This document shows, one piece after another, positions 6,997 through 14,610 of a stretch of DNA of 15,086 bases (within the stretch, counting starts at the first letter, position 1; every line of letters starts with the position of its first letter). Under the pieces are notes generated by a model. It saw nothing but the letters and a program-made list of their open reading frames with translations. It made no database searches and was not told where the DNA came from. The stretch is from Candidatus Hodarchaeota archaeon (GTDB taxonomy: Archaea; Asgardarchaeota; Heimdallarchaeia; Hodarchaeales; Hodarchaeaceae), in NCBI GenBank assembly GCA_016839785.1, contig JAEOTQ010000064.1, positions 1 through 15,086 on the forward strand, in the 5' to 3' direction. The position numbers and the translations under genes are program-made.

Positions 6997-8178
6997 CTAT
7001 TCTCGACCAAATGCCATTTTCACTAATTCAAAAGCGCCTTCAAAGACATGTTTGGGTACTACCGTCAATTCTTCAGCTTCAGATCCGTATTTAAGATTAA
7101 AAAATCGAGTGAAAGCAGCTAGTGCACTCCAAAGAAATCTGGATGCATGATCGGCAATAATAAAAGTAATGAAATTTTCATTATTGGAAAGCATAATAAT
7201 TTCTTCTTGAAACTGTATCATTTTGACATCTGTTGTTTCAATCATCTCAGTAAATAAGTTTAATACAGCTAAAACTCCACCGGAAAATAAGAGATCACGA
7301 TCACTTCCTAGACTCTCGCCAGGAACGAAATCATAGGAATATAACAATAAACCTGATTTATTTATGACCATTAGCTTCTTCAAACGGTGAAACTGCAACA
7401 TACCCAATGGTGCACTCACATATGCTCTATAAATTAACCAGCTACCTACAATGACACTAATATGTGGAGCTAGATGTTGTAAGAAAATATGGAATTCTGG
7501 ATTGATAATTTTTTCTAAAAATCGGGCACCAACCACCACTAGTAATGGAATTGCATAAAAAAAAATTATCGAAAGTTGCAGCATAACTGCTTGTACTTTC
7601 TGTTCCCGTAAAGTTATTTGATTTTTAATCTTCTGGAGAGAGAATAGAGCTATAATAATAACATAACCTACAAAATATGCTGCGGGAAAGTTTGTGGTAT
7701 ATAGAACAATTAACAGAGTTAGAATGACACCATAAAGGTCTTCAATATTTTGTATGAAGATTAATTCATCAGACATTATTTCTGGGAATAAAACTGGATA
7801 TATCATATTGAGTAAAAAGGCTCCTAGAAAAATTCCATAAATTGAAGCATGAATTGGTGAGACTCTATCTTTACGAAAAAACTCAATAAACAGTAAAAAA
7901 ATCCCTGAAGAAATACCACCAAACAAGGGAAACAAGTAGGTAACTACATTTCCCTCGTTGCGATAAAATTGTACGGGATTATCCATATTTACAATATAGA
8001 AAAAAAATTCGAATCCTACAAAAACAATGAACACAACATATAATCCGATTAGTATTCCGATTACAGGAATTCTTGTTTTTCGCCACCTAGCCATTAAGGA
8101 ATAGATTAAAAAGAGGGAAACACCCATTTCAAGGGAGAAAATGCAAAATCCTACCAAGCTAAGTGTTGATAACGCCAA
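6997..8178 (-). CDS. Seven-TM membrane protein with C-terminal longin-like cytoplasmic domain
   Basis: About 7 hydrophobic segments in the first ~255 aa. These are followed by LMVINKSGLLLYSYDF..D.LLFSGGVLAVLNLFTEM..VKMIQF....IML....FITFIIA....L...L..F...F...Y, a beta-beta-alpha-beta-beta-beta-alpha pattern typical of Asgard longin-like domains. TTG start. Confidence 0.75.
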   Translation of the reverse strand: MALSTLSLVGFCIFSLEMGVSLFLIYSLMARWRKTRIPVIGILIGLYVVFIVFVGFEFFFYIVNMDNPVQFYRNEGNVVTYLFPLFGGISSGIFLLFIEFFRKDRVSPIHASIYGIFLGAFLLNMIYPVLFPEIMSDELIFIQNIEDLYGVILTLLIVLYTTNFPAAYFVGYVIIIALFSLQKIKNQITLREQKVQAVMLQLSIIFFYAIPLLVVVGARFLEKIINPEFHIFLQHLAPHISVIVGSWLIYRAYVSAPLGMLQFHRLKKLMVINKSGLLLYSYDFVPGESLGSDRDLLFSGGVLAVLNLFTEMIETTDVKMIQFQEEIIMLSNNENFITFIIADHASRFLWSALAAFTRFFNLKYGSEAEELTVVPKHVFEGAFELVKMAFGRE

Positions 8179-8315
8179 ACGACAATCCGTCCAACCTGTA
8201 CTATAGATCAGTTAAGGAATCCTCAGGAAATCAATTGAGGTAATTCTTCAAAGTTCTTAAACACTATGAAATAATTCAATCGTAACAAGTAGAAATTCAG
8301 AAGAGGCTCAGAAAT

Positions 8316-9092
8316 ATGAATTCGTTCCTTTCTCAAATAGCTCATGATTCTCTCTCTCTCATGACGACTAATTCTGATTTGAGAGTAGAATCAGTGGTTA
8401 TAGGAATTCGATATACATGCGTGATTCTCTCTGATGGCTCTTGTGGAGTGGCATATACATTAATTGATCAATTAACGGAAAAACTTAGCCACAACAAGTA
8501 TCTATCCGAGAAATTTCTGTATGAAAAAGATTTGGTGCATTTAATTAATTACTGTAACTCTAAATATTCAATCTTTCGAAGTGTTGGAGTAGCTACGCTA
8601 AATGCCCTTTCGCAAGTATATTTACCCTCACTTGGAAGGAAACCTAAGAATATTCTAGCTCTTTTTCAAAACGATTCTACAAATATTGGTATGATTGGTG
8701 ATATTCAGCCTATTTCCCGACCTCTAGCTCAACATGGACATCATATCAAAATATTAGACAATTTTGCCCCCAAAATTCAGAACTCTCAAATAACCGCAGT
8801 AGAAGGAATTTCGGCATTAAAGAATTCTGATCACATTATAGTTTCAGGATCGGCACTAGTTTATGAAACTTTTGACCAAGTTCGTGACCTTCTAATATCA
8901 ATTCAGGGAGAAAAGATCCTTCTCGGGCCTTCAGCTCAACTTCTTCCTGATGTCGCTTTTAAACATGGTTTCACCTTTTTAGGGAGCTCCAAAATTATCG
9001 ATACAGAATCTACCATGAGGGTTATAACAGAGGGAGGCGGCTATCGAGCATTTAAGACATTTACAAAAAAATATGCATTTCAGCGACAATGA
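8316..9092 (+). CDS. DUF364/DUF4213 Rossmann-like protein (putative heavy-metal chelation family)
   Basis: IGIRYTCVIL..GSCGVAYT, RSVGVATLNALSQ, IGMIG.I.P, D.IIVSGSALV..T, ILLGPSAQLLP..F..G...LG, GGG near the C-terminus. Confidence 0.85.
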   Translation: MNSFLSQIAHDSLSLMTTNSDLRVESVVIGIRYTCVILSDGSCGVAYTLIDQLTEKLSHNKYLSEKFLYEKDLVHLINYCNSKYSIFRSVGVATLNALSQVYLPSLGRKPKNILALFQNDSTNIGMIGDIQPISRPLAQHGHHIKILDNFAPKIQNSQITAVEGISALKNSDHIIVSGSALVYETFDQVRDLLISIQGEKILLGPSAQLLPDVAFKHGFTFLGSSKIIDTESTMRVITEGGGYRAFKTFTKKYAFQRQ

Positions 9093-9174
9093 TTTTGATG
9101 TGAGAATTTTGTCGAAACGTCGTAAAATACACTGATGACACTGTTTATCCAATGTTGGCACTTTTCGATACCTC

Positions 9175-9227
9175 CCAATTATTTCTATTATTAATTTCAA
9201 TGTTGTAATCACGACAGAAATAATTGG
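9175..9227. promoter_or_regulatory. Perfect 12-bp inverted repeat CCAATTATTTCT-N29-AGAAATAATTGG flanking an AT-rich TATA-like stretch and abutting ATG 9228
   Basis: Arms at 9175-9186 and 9216-9227 are exact reverse complements. The regulatory role is inferred from position. Confidence 0.6.
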
Positions 9228-9503
9228 ATGATTTCAAAAATGTCCGTAACGACTCAATTTGGCTTCAAAAAGTCTTTAGATCGATTAATGCAGTTGATAT
9301 ATCTCTCTTCGAACTTTTTTACTAATCTTGAAGTTCAAAATCAAGTTTGTGCTTTAAATGTCAATGATTCTTACTCAGACGATGAGAAAAATCAGATTCT
9401 AACGTACTTTCTAGACTTGATAGAATCTCTTTCTTTGGAAAGGATTTATCTTACCCAAGATCCAAATGATGGGAACCGATATTTCTACAACGGAGGATTT
9501 TGA
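9228..9503 (+). CDS. Small hypothetical protein (start 9228 or 9240)
   Basis: 91-aa ORF filling the gap, with amphipathic helical pattern; no recognised motif. Confidence 0.5.
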   Translation: MISKMSVTTQFGFKKSLDRLMQLIYLSSNFFTNLEVQNQVCALNVNDSYSDDEKNQILTYFLDLIESLSLERIYLTQDPNDGNRYFYNGGF

Positions 9504-9588
9504 CTTGTATTCAGACTATTACGCCATACCAATCAAAAAATCCACTCCCAAGAAAAAATCCGTGATACACTACTGGAAGGAACCCCAA

Positions 9589-9951
9589 ATGAGCTCTCAG
9601 AAGATCAACCAGGAACAAGTTGAAAACCAAGATAATGAAGTGGAAGCCTCTCGTTTAGCTGATAGAGCACTATTACTATTATCGTTTAAAGATACACCAA
9701 GTCAAAACCTGCATCATGTGTTACAAGTCCTGGGAATACACTCCATAGAAGAAAAGAAAAGCATTTTGCAAGAGATTTTCAGATTAATTCGTGAAGGAAT
9801 TGTTTACGTTCCTAAAGGTCTACCATTGCTAATTGATCATGGAATTGACAATATTAAGGATGTTTCTGAAATCGATCTGGTCCTTCTCCGACCCTATGAT
9901 CAACTAATAGCTGAAATTCAGCGGGATATTTCTGCGTTTAATAATAGATAA
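9589..9951 (+). CDS. Hypothetical protein, possible winged-helix domain (ORF opens at 9466; ATG 9589 preferred)
   Basis: LADRALLLL..SQNLHHVLQVLG..EKKSILQEIFRLIREGIVYV resembles a wHTH (L-xx-EG-hydrophobic strand). Purine-rich GGAAGG precedes ATG 9589, and this start avoids overlap with the upstream ORF. Confidence 0.6.
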   Translation: MSSQKINQEQVENQDNEVEASRLADRALLLLSFKDTPSQNLHHVLQVLGIHSIEEKKSILQEIFRLIREGIVYVPKGLPLLIDHGIDNIKDVSEIDLVLLRPYDQLIAEIQRDISAFNNR

Positions 9952-9957
9952 TGTGAA

Positions 9958-10377
9958 GTGCAAGAGTTGAAGAACCTAGCATTGCAAAATTCAAATTTAG
10001 TAAGCACAGCACAGCTAAATGAGCTGAAAATTCATTTAAAACTGATAAATAGTACTTGTGATGATGAATTGACCACAAAATGGCAACATATTCAACATAT
10101 GCAAATTGATCTAGATTTAGATCCGAATCTGAGTATTAAGGAATTAGCACAGCTATATTACAAATTTGAGGATATCATAGAGGTATTCAAATTAAAAACT
10201 TATACTTTTCGTCAATTAGAAAAACTTTTAGTGGAATTAGAAACAGTAAAGAACATGTTGGATATTCCTCGTGACACTCCACTCCAGCAGATCGTTTTTC
10301 AATTAACCTCGTACGATATTCCTTTATTAGGAGTGGGAAATGGCTCCATCTTAGAAAAGATAATGAAATATTATTGA
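9958..10377 (+). CDS. Hypothetical all-helical protein
   Basis: 139-aa ORF with a GTG start 6 nt after the previous stop; Leu/Glu/Lys-rich amphipathic helices. Confidence 0.65.
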   Translation: MQELKNLALQNSNLVSTAQLNELKIHLKLINSTCDDELTTKWQHIQHMQIDLDLDPNLSIKELAQLYYKFEDIIEVFKLKTYTFRQLEKLLVELETVKNMLDIPRDTPLQQIVFQLTSYDIPLLGVGNGSILEKIMKYY

Positions 10378-10509
10378 GCTACTGATTCTTCAATGTTAAG
10401 GTTTCTTAGGCTCTATATTTTTATTAGATTAAGTGCTTCTTCTGTATAACTAGTAAACAATAAAAAAGGAAGAGAGCCCCTCCGTCCCATTGTAAATGAA
10501 AATCGAATT

Positions 10510-11304
10510 CTAACTAAGTATTCTATCTTTTAACGAGATGGACTTGAATCCTCTTAATATTAATAGTAGTGAGAAATTGAATATTGTAAAAAATATACCA
10601 TAAAGTGGATTCAAACTTGTCGGATCCCATAAAGTCCATTGGGAATATACCAATCCAATCAATAGGAATCCCAACGATATTAATGATGATGATCTATAAC
10701 TTGTCTCTTTAGAAATTCTGTACCAAGAATAACTAGTGATCATGGTCATTGGGATAAAAATCCCATAAAGAAATACATTCATAACCAACGTAACATCTTC
10801 ACTGAATGTTAAGCTCGCAATAAACCATATTCCACCTATTACTGTCATTGCAAGTGCAGGAATATATTTTACGTAAGATTTATCCGTGTAAAAATTTGCT
10901 ATATTAATCCACAAACCAGATACATATAAGACCATTGGGAATCGCCATAGAAAGAATAGGAATGGTACATCCATATTTGCTATCGAAAAATTCAGCGCAT
11001 CCAAGGACATTCCTAAGAACGTGATAGAATAAACGATGAAAGTTGCGGTCCAGCTATATCGAAATCCGTAACGATATGATGTAAATCCTATCAATGTAAG
11101 AAGAATGAATGCCAAAAGTGATAGACCTAATTGGCTATATTTGGCATCAAGATTGTTTAATGAAAAACTATACGGATTAGATAAAACAAGGAAATTCACA
11201 ATGAAATATGAAGGAATAAGTAGGACTATCCATGGCTTATTCCTCACAAAATCTTTCAACCATTCAATATTTGTAAATGAGGTTTCTGTTGTATTTACTC
11301 TCAT
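10510..11304 (-). CDS. Integral membrane protein, about 8 TM helices, function unknown
   Basis: Eight hydrophobic segments and no soluble domain. GGAG lies upstream of the ATG on the minus strand. Confidence 0.8.
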   Translation of the reverse strand: MRVNTTETSFTNIEWLKDFVRNKPWIVLLIPSYFIVNFLVLSNPYSFSLNNLDAKYSQLGLSLLAFILLTLIGFTSYRYGFRYSWTATFIVYSITFLGMSLDALNFSIANMDVPFLFFLWRFPMVLYVSGLWINIANFYTDKSYVKYIPALAMTVIGGIWFIASLTFSEDVTLVMNVFLYGIFIPMTMITSYSWYRISKETSYRSSSLISLGFLLIGLVYSQWTLWDPTSLNPLYGIFFTIFNFSLLLILRGFKSISLKDRILS

Positions 11305-11340
11305 AATTTCAGCTCCATGATGATATTTCTATTCGATTAA

Positions 11341-11450
11341 TTTAACATCATGCTATTTATAAATACTTATTGATAGCAGGGAAGGTTATTTTAACATAAG
11401 ATTTATTAATTCAGGCTAATTAATTTATATATGTGTAGAGCATAACATAT
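11341..11450. promoter_or_regulatory. Divergent promoter region with archaeal TATA boxes
   Basis: Palindromic TATTTATAAATA at 11354-11365 and TTTATATA at 11424-11431, about 38 nt upstream of the Lrp ATG. Confidence 0.55.
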
Positions 11451-11468
11451 ACTTTCAAGAGGGATTTT

Positions 11469-12002
11469 ATGAATAATGATACGAACGTTAAAATCGATTC
11501 TAAGGACAGAGCGATCATTAAACTATTACAGAATGAACCCAAGATCACCCATCAGATGGTAGCAGACAAACTAGCCAAGAACAATATAAAACTTTCAAGG
11601 CAATCCATTCAAAAACGTATTAAACATCTTGAGAAAAATGGAATTATCAAATATGCCGTCTTAACGAATGAAAAAGAATTAGGCAAAGAAATCACAGCAT
11701 TCATTTTGATCGAACTCGGTGAGTCTCACATTAAACACTTAAAAGTTCATAAGCAATTATTGGACAGAAAAAACGAGCTGGAACTATTAGAAATTCATTA
11801 TGTTGCTGGTCAAGAAGATGTACTTGTGAAAATGCGAACTAGAACTATTGATACATTACGGGTCAACTTAGTAAAGATTACTCAACTGGAAGGAGTATCA
11901 CGTACAAGAACAATGATATCACTTACCTATGTTGAGCGGAATTTTCCAGATACGGAGGAGGAATTCTTGAAAGCTTTAGAAGTTGTTGGAACTCATCGAT
12001 AA
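11469..12002 (+). CDS. Lrp/AsnC family transcriptional regulator
   Basis: IDSKDRAIIKLLQ..LSRQSIQKRIKHLEKNGIIK HTH. C-terminal RAM domain ITAFILI..EIHYVAGQEDVLVK..L..I..LEGVSRTRTMI. Confidence 0.93.
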   Translation: MNNDTNVKIDSKDRAIIKLLQNEPKITHQMVADKLAKNNIKLSRQSIQKRIKHLEKNGIIKYAVLTNEKELGKEITAFILIELGESHIKHLKVHKQLLDRKNELELLEIHYVAGQEDVLVKMRTRTIDTLRVNLVKITQLEGVSRTRTMISLTYVERNFPDTEEEFLKALEVVGTHR

Positions 12003-12092
12003 GGTTTGTATAAGGGTATATATAATCTTCCGGTAGATTTATTCCCAAAATTCTCTAAGAACAGGGCTTTTGAGTAGTTGTTCGAATACACC

Positions 12093-12121
12093 AAAAATCA
12101 AAATGTCTTAAAAATCAAAAT
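12093..12121 (+). repeat. 12-bp direct repeat AAAAATCAAAAT x2 (17-bp period) upstream of the 517-aa gene
   Basis: Exact copies at 12093-12104 and 12110-12121; the second overlaps TATA-like CTTAAAAA. Confidence 0.5.
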
Positions 12122-12151
12122 CCTTTCATTCTAAAAAGAAGGTAAACAAAG

Positions 12152-13705
12152 ATGTCTCTCCCCTTTTCTATTAGTTCTGCTCAAGATTGGATTGTACATG
12201 TTCCATCTTTTCTTGCTTCCCTCGAGGAATACTCTGATTATGTAAAAAATGCGGGTGCTACAAGTTATCTGGCGAATACACTCGTTCAAGTTATAAATGA
12301 AGCTAAAGATGAAATTCTTAACACTATTCATTCCATTCTCAAGGATTCCTCCACCGTTGGAAAATTTGTCATGATTCAGATATTATTTCACGCCTCTGAA
12401 ATCTGGACAGATTTAGTCGAGTTTAATCGCATTCAACCTGCGTTAACAGCTCTTGCTCTCTCACCTGATAAATTATTCACAAAAGATGCTATTCAACTAT
12501 CACAAAAACTAGAATCAATATCATCTGGAGGTTTATTAGGAGAAAAAGCTGAAGACACGTTGATATACGAAGCTGAGGACAGAGAATTTGCTAAATCTGC
12601 TCCAAGTAGAGAGGATTTTTATGGTTCATTAACATCCGAAAAGAAAAAGGCAAAGAGAAGTGCCCCACCACCATCACCTGCTCCTGGTATGCCGATGCCT
12701 ACCCCCCAACCTGCCCCAAAGGCAAGTCCTCCTCCAGCTCCGATGGTAGAGAGAGCGGAGCCATCTCCCCCTCCACCATCCGTTTCTGTTGATGCTCGTG
12801 CCGCTAGTGTTGCAAGATCAATAATTACTGAGAAAGAAGTTTTTGAGGAGGCAGAGGAAGAATTAGAACTTGCAATGGAAGAACCAGTACCAGCAGAAGA
12901 AGCTGTAGAAGAAGCTGTAGAAGAAGCTGCAGAAGAAGCATTAGAAGATCTAATCAAAGACGATTTCAAATCGAAGGATATCGCTACATCTGGTTCAGTG
13001 GATGTCGGATCAGCACAGGGTGTACCCGAACCTAAAAGTGTATTCACACATGTTCATTACTTTAATCGGATGAACTCTCGTAAAACGTATCCATTCACAG
13101 TCTCATTAACCAGCGCCGCGAAAAAAGTCAGAGCTCGGAAAATGCATATCCTTTCTGGAGAACGTGAAACCGAAAAACAAGCAGAATTTGAACTTGATCA
13201 TCTTACACGACAAATAATGGTCGAACTACTCATTTCTGGTTGTCTTGTGCAACCAAACTTTCAATATGTCGATCCAGATAATTTACCAGTTGAATTAACA
13301 TTTTATATCACACCCCTTGTTGAAGCAGGATATCAAGCCTCAAAAATTCAAGGTCAGTTGCTCTTGAAGAATGATATAGGTATTATCCTTCAGAATTTAC
13401 CACTCTCCGATATTTTTGTTGTCAGTAATCGAATTTCCAAGATTGCGGCTATTATTGGTGCAGTCGGTGGGGGAACCCTCCCCGCTTTGGATTTTCTCTT
13501 CGGTGTAAATTTACAAGACGCATTAACAGGCCAACTAGAGTATACAGCTCCAGATATTGCATCCTCTGTTAATATAAGATCTTTAATTACTACAAGTCAG
13601 ATAGCGATATTTTTCATCTTCATTAGTATCGGATTACTCTGGTGGTGGCGTAAAGGCCGTTCGAAAAGAGCTCCAGAGGAAAAACTGGCGATAAATCTTC
13701 CTTAA
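12152..13705 (+). CDS. Hypothetical multidomain protein: helical N-domain, basic/Pro-rich/acidic disordered linker, beta-rich domain, two C-terminal TM helices
   Basis: KKKAKR, then APPPSPAPGMPMPTPQPAPKASPPPAP..PSPPPPS, then EEA repeats, then HYFNRMNSRKTYPFTVSL..GCLVQP..FYITPL, and TM segments IAAIIGAVGGGTLPALDFLF and IAIFFIFISIGLLWWWRK. Confidence 0.85.
   Translation: MSLPFSISSAQDWIVHVPSFLASLEEYSDYVKNAGATSYLANTLVQVINEAKDEILNTIHSILKDSSTVGKFVMIQILFHASEIWTDLVEFNRIQPALTALALSPDKLFTKDAIQLSQKLESISSGGLLGEKAEDTLIYEAEDREFAKSAPSREDFYGSLTSEKKKAKRSAPPPSPAPGMPMPTPQPAPKASPPPAPMVERAEPSPPPPSVSVDARAASVARSIITEKEVFEEAEEELELAMEEPVPAEEAVEEAVEEAAEEALEDLIKDDFKSKDIATSGSVDVGSAQGVPEPKSVFTHVHYFNRMNSRKTYPFTVSLTSAAKKVRARKMHILSGERETEKQAEFELDHLTRQIMVELLISGCLVQPNFQYVDPDNLPVELTFYITPLVEAGYQASKIQGQLLLKNDIGIILQNLPLSDIFVVSNRISKIAAIIGAVGGGTLPALDFLFGVNLQDALTGQLEYTAPDIASSVNIRSLITTSQIAIFFIFISIGLLWWWRKGRSKRAPEEKLAINLP
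12896..12948 (+). repeat. In-frame 12-bp tandem repeat (GAAGAAGCTGTA-like, ~4.4 copies) encoding EEAV-EEAV-EEAA-EEAL
   Basis: Units at 12896 and 12908 are identical; units at 12920 and 12932 are degenerate. Confidence 0.9.
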
Positions 13706-13753
13706 TAGCTATTCTAAAGTCTACAGATCAATATGACCTATAGATGAACCACA

Positions 13754-14599
13754 ATGACATTTCGCACTGGAATTACTATCCAAGCAATAGGTGATTTGAC
13801 TCCATCAAATGTCGTCGATCTAGGAATGGCGATTAACCTTAAACATATTGAATTTGATCCCACAGTATTCCCTGATATTTCAAATGTACTGAAAAGATTA
13901 CGAACAGAACAAACCACGATCCATGCTCCTTATATGGAAGATTATCATATGGATCTTTCATCGAAAACTTCTGAAATTGACAAGCTAATAGAGGATATCA
14001 CCTTATACAAGTCACGAATGAACATCATCGGTGTGATTGTCCATCCCCCGCTAGATGCAGGGGGAGATATGGATAAATTCTATAATCGTTTGGATATGCT
14101 TCCCTTTCCATTACTTGAAAATATGCCCTATCAATCTTGGGACGATTTTCTCGATTTCTTTGATACTACACAGGCTAACGTTAATAACCACCTGGGAATG
14201 TGTTTTGACATCCCTCACTCTTTCATAACAAATGGCTCCAAATTTCTTGATATACCAGTCGAGGTATTAAATCATTTATCTTCCCCAAAGGGATACATCC
14301 ATATTTCAGGCGGTACAGCTGACGAGGATACTCACTATCCTCTGCTAACAGAGGGTATTATCCCCTTCCATGAAGTGGAGGAATTCCTAAAAAGAATTTC
14401 ATTCAGTGGGACAGTGACAATGGAACTTTATCCCAGATCTTTCCAGGATATTGACAAAATACTTCAATCATACATTCTGATGCTTAGTATTGCTAAAAAA
14501 AGAATACATAAGCTTTCCGTCCAGATTAAACGTCCATTTATCATGCGAAAAATCAATAAAATGGCAACAACTAAGAAAATTACTTCTGAAAAAGGGTGA
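13754..14599 (+). CDS. Sugar-phosphate isomerase/epimerase / AP endonuclease family 2 TIM-barrel metalloenzyme
   Basis: IEF, TIHAPY, VIVHP, LLENMP, MCFDIPHS, IHISG, DTHYPL..G.I, FSGTVTMEL, which is the metal-ligand order of the xylose isomerase-like barrel. Confidence 0.88.
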   Translation: MTFRTGITIQAIGDLTPSNVVDLGMAINLKHIEFDPTVFPDISNVLKRLRTEQTTIHAPYMEDYHMDLSSKTSEIDKLIEDITLYKSRMNIIGVIVHPPLDAGGDMDKFYNRLDMLPFPLLENMPYQSWDDFLDFFDTTQANVNNHLGMCFDIPHSFITNGSKFLDIPVEVLNHLSSPKGYIHISGGTADEDTHYPLLTEGIIPFHEVEEFLKRISFSGTVTMELYPRSFQDIDKILQSYILMLSIAKKRIHKLSVQIKRPFIMRKINKMATTKKITSEKG

Positions 14600-14610
14600 A
14601 GAAGGAATCT

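Noticed and set aside
9196-10397. 9-bp direct repeat TTCAATGTT (9196-9204 and 10389-10397) flanking the three-gene cassette as a target-site duplication
   Set aside because: Short AT-rich match plausible by chance; no terminal inverted repeats, transposase or integrase.
10510-11304. Microbial rhodopsin or heliorhodopsin
   Set aside because: No retinal-binding Lys motif within the last helix and no RYxDW/RWxEY-type helix C motif.
11301-11318. Tiny minus-strand uORF (MELKL-stop) overlapping the 8TM gene start
   Set aside because: Adequately explained by the GGAG ribosome-binding-like sequence; too short to support as a leader peptide.
399-12331. Short alternative-frame ORFs 399-590, 2191-2391, 3927-4115, 8979-9212, 11105-11320 and 12131-12331
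   Set aside because: Each is short, overlaps a stronger gene and has no recognisable features.
12619-13047. 142-aa antisense Ser/Ala/Gly-rich ORF
   Set aside because: Shadow of the low-complexity Pro/Glu region on the plus strand.
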